In this document: positions 1 through 7,437 of the stretch, piece after piece
Position numbering within the stretch: position 1 is the first letter of the stretch
Layout: each line of letters begins with the position of its first letter
Source: Patescibacteria group bacterium
GTDB taxonomy: Bacteria; Patescibacteriota; Patescibacteriia; UBA1558; GWA2-36-10
DNA length: 64,000 bases
Direction of reading: 5' to 3'
NCBI GenBank assembly: GCA_018062885.1
Contig: JAGORJ010000001.1
Location: 151 to 64,150 of the forward strand
The notes under the pieces: model-generated
Told to the model about the DNA's origin: nothing
The model's database searches: none
Seen by the model: the letters and a program-made list of their open reading frames with translations, nothing else
Translations under genes and position numbers: made by a program

Positions 1-17
1 TGTTTTATAATTAAAAC

Positions 18-512
18 ATGCAGTATATTTTAGATTTAGCTTCTAGTTTGCCAGAAGAATTGGCAGTTGTCTTGTTATCCTTGACTCCTTTTGCGGAATT
101 GAGGTTTTCTATACCCTTTGCTATCAAAGTTTTTGGTTTTAGCCCACTGCAGGCAATTTTTTGGTCTACTTTGGGTGATATTATCCCAGCGATTGTGATA
201 GTTTATTATTTAGGGCCGATTTCTCGTTTTTTTATGAAGAGATCAAAATTGGCTACTAGATTTTTTCAGAGATTGTTTCAAAAGACTCGTCAAAGATTTG
301 ATGAAAATTATGTGACTTTAGGTAAATTTGCCTTGCTAGTTTTTGTGGCTATGCCTTTGCCTGGTTTTGGGGCTTGGTCAGGAGCGATCTTGGCTTGGCT
401 ATTTGCGATGCGTAAGAGTGAAGCGGTGCTTTTTATTTTTTTGGGAGTCTTGATTTCCGCTTTTCTGATCGCTGGTTTGTCTTTAGGGTTTTTTACTTTA
501 TTTAAATTTTAG
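18..512 (+). CDS. Small polytopic membrane protein, possibly small multidrug-export (COG2426-like) family
   Basis: 164 aa, 4 predicted TM helices, AELRFSIP motif resembling the Sm_multidrug_ex family; directly upstream of tpiA. Confidence 0.4.
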   Translation: MQYILDLASSLPEELAVVLLSLTPFAELRFSIPFAIKVFGFSPLQAIFWSTLGDIIPAIVIVYYLGPISRFFMKRSKLATRFFQRLFQKTRQRFDENYVTLGKFALLVFVAMPLPGFGAWSGAILAWLFAMRKSEAVLFIFLGVLISAFLIAGLSLGFFTLFKF

Positions 513-514
513 TT

Positions 515-1285
515 ATGACTAAAGAGAAAAAAATTGTCATTGGCAATTGGAAAATGCAACTCAGTCCAGAAGAAGCGGTTTTTCAGGCCAAACAATTAAA
601 AAAATTATTAAGTTCAAAATTAGCCAAAAATGTAGACATTGCTATTGCGCCAGATTTTTTGAGTTTGAGTTTAGTGGCGCCTATTTTTCAGGCAAGCGGC
701 ATTGCTTTGGGCGCACAAGACACTTGGTATGAAGATAAGGGCTCTTTTACTGGTCAAATTTCTCCGGCGCATTTGAAATCTTTGGATGCTAAGTATGTGA
801 TTTTGGGGCATTCAGAAAGACGGCAGTTTGCTAATGAAACTTATGAGCTAGTCAATAAAAAAATTATTGCCGCTTTGCGCAATGATTTGATCCCAGTTTT
901 GTGTGTGGGTGAAACTTTTGATGAAAGAAAAGAGGGGAGAAAAGATTTGGTGATCATGCAGCAAGTGCAAACTGCTTTGCATCAAGTAGATATTTTAGCT
1001 ACGCAAACTTTGATTATTGCCTACGAGCCTCTTTGGGCCATAGGTTCTGGCCAGGCGACTCAGCCAGCTGAAGCTCAGCATACAGCTATGCTTATCAAAC
1101 AAAGTTTGATTGATGTTTTAGAAGAAAGAGATTTACCTTTGGTCAAAATTTTGTATGGTGGCTCGGTCAATCCAGAAAATATTGCTTCTTTTATTAGTCA
1201 GTCTGCTATTGACGGTACTTTGGTAGGCGGTGCAAGTCTAGAAGCCCAAAAATTTATTGAATTAATTAAACAATCAGATTTATGA
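515..1285 (+). CDS. tpiA: Triosephosphate isomerase
   Basis: IGNWKM N-terminus, AYEPLWAIGSG active-site loop, GGASL C-terminal motif. Confidence 0.9.
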   Translation: MTKEKKIVIGNWKMQLSPEEAVFQAKQLKKLLSSKLAKNVDIAIAPDFLSLSLVAPIFQASGIALGAQDTWYEDKGSFTGQISPAHLKSLDAKYVILGHSERRQFANETYELVNKKIIAALRNDLIPVLCVGETFDERKEGRKDLVIMQQVQTALHQVDILATQTLIIAYEPLWAIGSGQATQPAEAQHTAMLIKQSLIDVLEERDLPLVKILYGGSVNPENIASFISQSAIDGTLVGGASLEAQKFIELIKQSDL

Positions 1286-2151
1286 TAGTTCCTATTTCCC
1301 AAATAGTTAATAAAGCCAAAAAGCAAAAATATGCTGTTGGTGCTTTTAATACTTCAAATTTAGAAATTACTTTAGCGATTGTCAGAGCGGCTGTCAAAAT
1401 GAAGTCCCCAGTGATTATCCAAACTTCTGAGTCGGCTATTAGCTATTCAAATACAGAAACTATTTTTCAGCTTATCAAGACTTTAGCTAATACTGTCGGC
1501 AAAAGTGTGCCGATTGCTATTCATCTTGATCACGGCAAAGATTTGAAGATCATCAAAGACTGTTTGCGTGTAGGCTATAACTCAGTACACATTGATGCAA
1601 GTGTTGAAGAATTTCAAAAAAATATTAGTCTTTCACGTCAAGTAGCCAGATTAGCTCACGCCAAAAATATTTGGGTGCAGGCAGAGTTGGGATCTATTTT
1701 AGGCAAAGAAGGCATGATCAAACTGAAAACCGGTGAAATAGACATGAAGGATTTGATGACCAAGCCAGAGCAAGCAGCTGAGTTTGTCGCCAAAACTGAA
1801 GTTGATACTTTGGCTGTGTCAGTGGGCACTATTCATGGACATTTTAAAGGTGTGGAAAAAGTAGACCAAGTCCGTTTGCAAAAAATAGCTAGTCAGGTTA
1901 AAGTACCTTTAGTTTTGCATGGTGGCAGTGGTTTGGATGCAAAAACTTTCAAAACAGCCATAAAAAACGGTATTTCTATTATCAACATTGATACCAATTT
2001 ACGCCTAGCTTTTAAGCAGGCTTTACAGAAGAGTTTGCAAAAAGATAGTGATTTGATTGATCCGCGCAAAATTCTTATGCCTAGCATTGAAGCCATGCAA
2101 GCAGAAGTTGAAAAAATGATTAAAATTTTTGGTAGTCAAAATAAAGCATAA
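1282..2151 (+). CDS. fba: Fructose-bisphosphate aldolase class II
   Basis: AVGAFN, HLDHG and LHGGSG motifs; 4-bp ATGA overlap with tpiA stop. Confidence 0.85.
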   Translation: MIVPISQIVNKAKKQKYAVGAFNTSNLEITLAIVRAAVKMKSPVIIQTSESAISYSNTETIFQLIKTLANTVGKSVPIAIHLDHGKDLKIIKDCLRVGYNSVHIDASVEEFQKNISLSRQVARLAHAKNIWVQAELGSILGKEGMIKLKTGEIDMKDLMTKPEQAAEFVAKTEVDTLAVSVGTIHGHFKGVEKVDQVRLQKIASQVKVPLVLHGGSGLDAKTFKTAIKNGISIINIDTNLRLAFKQALQKSLQKDSDLIDPRKILMPSIEAMQAEVEKMIKIFGSQNKA

Positions 2152-2153
2152 TT

Positions 2154-3041
2154 ATGTTAGACATTTTTTTGATTATTATTATCGTAGCTGCCATAGTTTA
2201 TTTAGCTTGGTTGCTATATCAAAAATTACCAAATTTATCCAATATAAATGTGGTGAGTTTGCCGCATGTGCAAAACAAGCAAAAGAAAGACGATATTTTA
2301 AGAACTAGGTTAAAAAGAGATTTGGGTAAAGTATTTTCTTTTTGGCGTCATGTTTCTTTGCCGGCCCGCGATCGGATGTTTGATTGGCTCAAGGATAATT
2401 ATGGCAAACTAAAAGAATTAGAAAGAGATTTGCGTCGTCGTAGCCAAGAGCAATTTAATACTACTTTGAGTAAGTCACAAACCATTGATGAGCTTTTGAT
2501 TCAAGCCAAAACTTTTTTAAATAACGAAGAATACTCAGCTGCCGAAGAGATTTTGATTGACGCTTTGAGTTTTGATGAGTTTAATGTGGATGTGTATAAA
2601 CTTTTGGCCAATGTCTATCGCGAAAAGAAAGAGTATGAGCAAGCCAAAGAAACTTTGAAATATTTATTGAAACTCACTCACAATAAAGACGCGGCCGTTT
2701 TTATTTCATTAGCAGAAATTTCCAAAGTCAGGGGCAATCTTAAGCAAGCAGAGGAAGAGTATTTGCAATCTATTTCTTTGTCAGATGACAATCATTTAAA
2801 TTTTCTGTCATTGGCTGAGGTTTATTTAGAGCTTGATTACAAACAGCAGGCCTTAGAGACCGCTCAGAGAGCTTTGGCTTTATCGCCAAATAATCCAAAG
2901 ATTCTTGACTTTTTGATTAATATCAGTATAATTATCCAAGATAAAGAATTGGCTGACAAGTATTTGGCAAAGCTGAGAGAAGTCAATCCAGATAATCAAA
3001 AAATCGTTCATTTTATAGAAGAAATCGATAATTTAGTTTAG
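2154..3041 (+). CDS. TPR-repeat membrane-anchored protein
   Basis: N-terminal TM helix followed by repeated A-x-x-Y-L-x-L 34-residue periodicity (ALSFDEFNVDVYKLLANVY, EEYLQSISL, LAEVYLELDYKQ). Confidence 0.55.
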   Translation: MLDIFLIIIIVAAIVYLAWLLYQKLPNLSNINVVSLPHVQNKQKKDDILRTRLKRDLGKVFSFWRHVSLPARDRMFDWLKDNYGKLKELERDLRRRSQEQFNTTLSKSQTIDELLIQAKTFLNNEEYSAAEEILIDALSFDEFNVDVYKLLANVYREKKEYEQAKETLKYLLKLTHNKDAAVFISLAEISKVRGNLKQAEEEYLQSISLSDDNHLNFLSLAEVYLELDYKQQALETAQRALALSPNNPKILDFLINISIIIQDKELADKYLAKLREVNPDNQKIVHFIEEIDNLV

Positions 3042-3155
3042 GTTTTTTTATACCTCTTTCTATGTTTTGACTAAAATGATAGAGGGTTTTTATTTTTTGG
3101 GTCTGCGCCAAAGGCGCACTCGCCTCTGGCGAGGGTACATAAATATTGTGTATTT

Positions 3156-3398
3156 ATGAATTATTACACCTATGTTTTGAGAAGTATAAGCCATGGTAAT
3201 AGATATGTTGGCAGTACTCAAAATATTGAAAATAGACTAAAAGAGCATAACTTAGGTAAGTGTGAGTATACAAAAGGGAGAAAACCTTGGCAGTTATTAT
3301 ATTTTGAGGAATTTAGCACTAGATCAGAGGCAATGAAAAGAGAAAAGCTCTTGAAATCAGGACAAGGTAGAAAATATTTAGATAGTTTAGTTAATTAA
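3156..3398 (+). CDS. GIY-YIG nuclease domain protein (YhbQ/COG2827-like, stand-alone URI domain)
   Basis: YTYVLRS...GNRYVGSTQNIENRLKEHN...REKLLK matches the GIY-YIG core; 80 aa, no extra domain. Confidence 0.75.
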   Translation: MNYYTYVLRSISHGNRYVGSTQNIENRLKEHNLGKCEYTKGRKPWQLLYFEEFSTRSEAMKREKLLKSGQGRKYLDSLVN

Positions 3399-3408
3399 TA
3401 TTATTGTT

Positions 3409-3494
3409 GGGTCGGTACCGAAGTGGTCAACCGGGGCAGACTGTAAATCTGCTGGCATAAGCCTTCGGGGGTTCGAATCCCTCCCGGCCCACCA
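3409..3494 (+). tRNA. tRNA-Tyr (anticodon GTA), class II with long variable arm, encoded CCA
   Basis: Acceptor GGGTCGG/CCGGCCC, anticodon loop cagaCTGTAaatctg, long variable arm ggcataagccttc, T-arm GGTTCGAATCC, 3' ACCA. Confidence 0.8.
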
Positions 3495-3501
3495 TCATCA
3501 A

Positions 3502-3576
<75 letters not shown>

Positions 3577-3582
3577 TTTTTC

Positions 3583-3606
3583 AGCCTTTTTGGCTGTTTT
3601 TATTTT
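3583..3606 (+). terminator. Rho-independent terminator after tRNA pair
   Basis: cagcc-tttt-tggctg hairpin followed by TTTTTATTTT. Confidence 0.5.
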
Positions 3607-3648
3607 GACTTTTCTTCATAATAATGGGAAAATATAGTTAATAAATTT

Positions 3649-4509
3649 ATGCCAGAGCTACCAGAAGTAGAGACAATTAGACAGGGTTTGAGACAGAATA
3701 TTTTAGGTCAAAATATTATTGCTATAGAAGTCAAGAAAAAAAATATTGTCAAAAACCCTAAAAAATATTTTGTTGATTTTTTGCAAAATCAGCATTTTGT
3801 GGAAGTTTCTCGAGTCGGTAAACTTTTGATTTTTCATTTGCAAAATAAAGATTATTTTTTATTGATTCATTTGAAAATGACCGGTCAGTTGATTTTCCAG
3901 GACAAAACACAAACTTTGGCCGGTGGCCACAGTGGACCGAAAATAACCGATCTACCAAATAAATATTCACATGTCATTTTTCATTTTTCTTCTGATGTCA
4001 AATTATTTTTTAATGACTTGAGACAATTTGGTTATCTCAAAATAGTTGATCAAAAAGACAAAGAAAAAATAGTCGCACAATTTGGTATTGAGCCTTTGCA
4101 AGCAAATTTTACTTATCAAAATTTTTTAAAGATTTTCCAAAAAAGACGCATAGCCCTCAAAGCTGTCTTGCTCAATCAAAAGCTGATTGCAGGCCTTGGC
4201 AATATTTATGTAGATGAAGTTTGTCATCAGGCTGGAGTTTTGCCCCAAAGATTGGTCAATACCTTGACTGATGATGAGATCAAAAAACTTTTTAAGGCCA
4301 GTCAAAAAATTATAAAACTTGCCATTGCCAAAAGGGGAACAACTTTTAGTGATTATCGGGACACTGAAGGTAAAGCGGGAAATTTTAGTGATTATCTCAA
4401 AGTCTATGGTCGTGGCGGAGAACTTTGTTTGACTTGTGGACAAAGTAGCTTGAAAAAGATAAAATTAAATGGTAGAGGAACGACTTTTTGTGAGCAGTGT
4501 CAGAAATAG
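3649..4509 (+). CDS. mutM: Formamidopyrimidine-DNA glycosylase
   Basis: MPELPEVE N-terminus (catalytic Pro2/Glu3), H2TH region, C-terminal CxxC-x16-CxxC zinc finger. Confidence 0.85.
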   Translation: MPELPEVETIRQGLRQNILGQNIIAIEVKKKNIVKNPKKYFVDFLQNQHFVEVSRVGKLLIFHLQNKDYFLLIHLKMTGQLIFQDKTQTLAGGHSGPKITDLPNKYSHVIFHFSSDVKLFFNDLRQFGYLKIVDQKDKEKIVAQFGIEPLQANFTYQNFLKIFQKRRIALKAVLLNQKLIAGLGNIYVDEVCHQAGVLPQRLVNTLTDDEIKKLFKASQKIIKLAIAKRGTTFSDYRDTEGKAGNFSDYLKVYGRGGELCLTCGQSSLKKIKLNGRGTTFCEQCQK

Positions 4510-4582
4510 TTCTTGACAAGCTCGAGTTCTCGACAAGCTCGAACACGAAGTTTTTATGTCTTCGAGCGAAGTCGAGAAGTTG
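4510..4582. repeat. GC-richer structured intergenic element: direct 14-bp repeat (cttgacaagctcga / ctcgacaagctcga) inside a long imperfect inverted repeat
   Basis: ttctcgacaagctcgaacacgaag ... cttcgagcgaagtcgagaag can form about 20 bp of imperfect stem; sits between mutM stop and the next gene. Confidence 0.4.
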
Positions 4583-4611
4583 AAATACTAATTATTTAAA
4601 TTTTTAATAGA

Positions 4612-5253
4612 ATGAAACTACACAAATTATATTATCTAAATCTATTGTTAATTTTATTGACAATAGGCATGGCAATTTATTTCTATCCACTCTTACCAGA
4701 CAAAGTCGCAACTCATTGGAACTTTGCGGGCGAGGTAGATGGCTGGGGATCCAAAAATTTCCAAGTATTTTTTCTTCCACTTTTGATTATCGGCATTTAT
4801 TTACTTTTTCAGATTTTGCCAAAACTTGATCCAAAGAAAACAAACTATGAACAATTTGCTACGGCTTACAAAATTTTTCAGTTGGTCTTGATGGTTTTTT
4901 TCGTGATTATCTTCTTGGTGACAAATCTAGCCAACACTGGCGTGGAGATAGCCGTTGGTACAGTCGTGAGTTCCGCGATTGGTTTGATGTTTATCATTTT
5001 TGGTATTTTGATGCCCAAACTAAAAAATAATTGGTTTATCGGCATCAGGACGCCCTGGACTTTGTCTAGTGACTTTGTCTGGCAAAAAACTCACCAGCTA
5101 GGCAAATATATGTTTATAGTAGCCGGTGCTTTGTTTCTTTTTATTAGCTATTTACCTTTGCCACTGGTCTTGCCAAGCTTTATTTTGTTGATCGTTTTGT
5201 TATTAGTGCCAGTTGTTTATTCTTACTTTTTGTTTAAAAATCAGTCAAAGTAA
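4612..5253 (+). CDS. SdpI/YhfL-family membrane protein
   Basis: 6 TM helices and NWFIGIRTPWTLSSDFVWQKTHQLGKY motif characteristic of the SdpI family. Confidence 0.55.
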   Translation: MKLHKLYYLNLLLILLTIGMAIYFYPLLPDKVATHWNFAGEVDGWGSKNFQVFFLPLLIIGIYLLFQILPKLDPKKTNYEQFATAYKIFQLVLMVFFVIIFLVTNLANTGVEIAVGTVVSSAIGLMFIIFGILMPKLKNNWFIGIRTPWTLSSDFVWQKTHQLGKYMFIVAGALFLFISYLPLPLVLPSFILLIVLLLVPVVYSYFLFKNQSK

Positions 5254-5276
5254 ATATTTTAGCTAAAATTAGCCTC

Positions 5277-5306
5277 AAAACCCTTAGTTTTCGCTAGGGG
5301 TTTTAT
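5277..5306. terminator. Bidirectional-type hairpin terminator
   Basis: aaaaccc...ggggtttt stem flanked by A-run and T-run. Confidence 0.5.
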
Positions 5307-5308
5307 GT

Positions 5309-5337
5309 TTGACAGAAAATGCATAATATGATATAAT
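5309..5337 (+). promoter_or_regulatory. Perfect-consensus sigma70-type promoter (TTGACA-N17-TATAAT) for the high-GC gene 5426-6802
   Basis: TTGACA at 5309-5314, 17-nt spacer, TATAAT at 5332-5337; GGAG RBS 8 nt before the ATG at 5426. Confidence 0.55.
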
Positions 5338-5425
5338 ACAATGATTTGAACTAATTGAGTTGAAAAACACTTGATTAGCGTACATTGAAATTTGAGAACG
5401 AGAACAAATAAAAGCGGAGTGGAAA

Positions 5426-6802
5426 ATGGAAAATTGGTTTCATGAGAGTCTGCCACAGTGGTTCTGGGTCGCTTGGCCCTGGATCAAGGCAGCTTCTTTG
5501 CCTTTACTGGCAGCGTTCATGTTCTTGACCATGTTCTGGAAGTTTCCGTTCATCCAGAAGCGCAAGCAGACCATGTTCTGGGGCGTACTTGCTCTGGCAC
5601 TGGTCGCAACCTTGTGTTTACGCTTTTTTGTCTTTCAGCCTGAATCTTCGGGTACTGAAAAGCAAACCGGCGTGACCAATGTCGTCCAGCAAGATCAGCA
5701 AACTCAGATGATTCAGAAACAAGAAGAAAAGGACTCAGACAAGGTAAACTGGTGGCCATTCTTTGCGGTTTTGTTCGGTCTGAGTTTCGGCGGTGTGCTG
5801 ATGTACAGATCTTGGACCGGTAAAATCTGGCAAGATGTGGCGGTCAATAGTACCTATTGGCAGGGGGTTGTTTTCGGTGGGTTTTTTTTGATAGGATCCT
5901 TGATTATGGGTTTCTGGCCCAATCTCTTGCACATCTGGATTCCTCTCCTTGCCCTGTCTATCGCTGGGTCTGCGATGTATTCCGTGCCTATTCGCACTGG
6001 CTGGGTATTCACCGCTTTCAATGACCCTGTGTCCCACAAAGGCACTGGTTTACGCTGGTGGTTTCCATTGCTGTTACCATTCATTGGTATAATTCCTTTG
6101 AAAATAGAGTTTCGTGAACGAAACATCAAAAAAACAAAGGAGTTTTCCACTAGAGTGGACAGTGCGTCGACGCCCGGTCCTGGTCCCAAGAATACCAAGG
6201 GCGCGCAAGTCTCTTATGAGCTGCAATATTGGTATCTGGCGAACAAAAATCCAGAAGCCTATTTGGAGATGTCAGATGAAGATCGTGCGGATCTTGACAA
6301 GGCTATTGAGAGTTCCTTGCAAGGTTTCATGGCAGAGGCTACCCGAGTTTCTACCTTGGACGAGGCCATGGATTATCAAGTGGTCTTTCCTCCTTACGAG
6401 GTCAAGAAGTCAGCTGCGATCTGTGCAAAAGAAAGGAAAGATCCTCTGTATGCGAAGTGGTTTGCGTTGGTTGATTTGATCTTGCACCGTTGTGGTTCTG
6501 AGGTGGTGCACTTGAAGATCATTGATCGCGATGCAGACGCTGAAACCATGGAGCAGATGCGTCAGCTGGCACTGATGGCCTATAAGCTCAGTATGGCGCA
6601 GAAAGAAAAGGAGATCAAAAAAACACAAGGTCAAGCGGAAGGTGATCAGCTTTCTGCTACCATTGAGGCTTTGAAGAAGACTGGTTTGACTGCTGAGCAA
6701 GCTGCTACGCAGGCCTTCCAGCGCCTCACTTTGCCTGAGTTGAAGGGTGCGATCATTTCTTTGGGTGTTGATTCACCCGGCATCATGGTGAACAGGCCCT
6801 AA
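5426..6802 (+). CDS. Hypothetical polytopic membrane protein with Trp-rich N-terminus and about 200-aa soluble C-terminal domain; compositionally foreign (about 52% GC)
   Basis: 458 aa, at least 5 TM segments, Gly/Pro linker STPGPGPKNTKG, then helical domain; GGAG RBS; GC far above neighbours. Confidence 0.6.
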   Translation: MENWFHESLPQWFWVAWPWIKAASLPLLAAFMFLTMFWKFPFIQKRKQTMFWGVLALALVATLCLRFFVFQPESSGTEKQTGVTNVVQQDQQTQMIQKQEEKDSDKVNWWPFFAVLFGLSFGGVLMYRSWTGKIWQDVAVNSTYWQGVVFGGFFLIGSLIMGFWPNLLHIWIPLLALSIAGSAMYSVPIRTGWVFTAFNDPVSHKGTGLRWWFPLLLPFIGIIPLKIEFRERNIKKTKEFSTRVDSASTPGPGPKNTKGAQVSYELQYWYLANKNPEAYLEMSDEDRADLDKAIESSLQGFMAEATRVSTLDEAMDYQVVFPPYEVKKSAAICAKERKDPLYAKWFALVDLILHRCGSEVVHLKIIDRDADAETMEQMRQLALMAYKLSMAQKEKEIKKTQGQAEGDQLSATIEALKKTGLTAEQAATQAFQRLTLPELKGAIISLGVDSPGIMVNRP

Positions 6803-6822
6803 TCTCGTTCTCGAAACCTAAA

Positions 6823-6873
6823 CCGCCCACCACAAAATCCAATTGGACTAGTGGTGAGGCGGCTTTTTTCTTT
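6823..6873 (+). terminator. Rho-independent terminator ending the high-GC cassette
   Basis: ccgcccaccac ... gtggtgaggcgg stem (loop contains its own palindrome tccaattgga) followed by CTTTTTTCTTT. Confidence 0.6.
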
Positions 6874-6882
6874 ACGCAAAAG

Positions 6883-7251
6883 TTGATTTATAGTATAATA
6901 AATCCATATTTAAAATCATTAAAAAATAAAATTATGATCAATGACATTATGTTAAATTTTGTCGATGAGCTTTTGCAAGAATCTGGTTTTTCTGGCGATT
7001 TAGGAAAACACACAGAGTATAAAGAAAATATTTTGAGCTTAGTTCAGCAAAGATTGGGTACTGAAATTATGAAGCTGATGAGCGCGGAACAACTTGAAGC
7101 TTATTTGGATTTGGTAGAGTCTAAGCCAAATGCTGAGCAATTGAGTGATTTTTTTCAAAAAAATATTCCTGAACTTGATCAAAAAGTGCAAGCTATTTTA
7201 GTTAGTTTTAAAAAAGATTTTTTGAATATTTTAGCAAGCGCTGGTCAATAA
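6883..7251 (+). CDS. Hypothetical small acidic protein (true start may be internal Met at MINDIMLNF)
   Basis: 122-aa ORF, low-GC native composition, no recognisable domain. Confidence 0.35.
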   Translation: MIYSIINPYLKSLKNKIMINDIMLNFVDELLQESGFSGDLGKHTEYKENILSLVQQRLGTEIMKLMSAEQLEAYLDLVESKPNAEQLSDFFQKNIPELDQKVQAILVSFKKDFLNILASAGQ

Positions 7252-7258
7252 TTTTGAT

Positions 7259-7426
7259 ATGACGAACAATGAAAAAATAGAGAGAATAAAAGAAGTTTAT
7301 CTAGATTTTTTGGCCCAGCTGCAAGAGCTCAAGGCTGATTCTAAACAACAGAATTTAGCGCGTATTCAGGCTATTGAAAAACAAGAGATAGATAAAATTT
7401 TAGATAAAATTCATAAAGATTTTTAA
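7259..7426 (+). CDS. Possible 55-aa helical small protein (below the ORF-track length cut-off)
   Basis: ATG...TAA ORF MTNNEKIERIKEVYLDFLAQLQELKADSKQQNLARIQAIEKQEIDKILDKIHKDF, heptad-like, fills the gap before the giant gene. Confidence 0.25.
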   Translation: MTNNEKIERIKEVYLDFLAQLQELKADSKQQNLARIQAIEKQEIDKILDKIHKDF

Positions 7427-7437
7427 ATTTTAAGTAT

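Noticed and set aside
547-2096. Short ORFs 547-732 (+) and 1893-2096 (-) nested in tpiA and fba
   Set aside because: Fully contained in well-supported conserved genes. Basic, low-complexity translations.
3042-3100. Terminator after the TPR gene
   Set aside because: Inverted repeat is imperfect (cctctttctat / atagagggt), so not called.
5458-6700. Overlapping ORFs (5458-5643, 5550-5759, 5735-6037, 5854-6198, 6114-6479, 6410-6700) inside the high-GC gene
   Set aside because: Same high-GC artefact. Arg/Pro-rich low-complexity translations.
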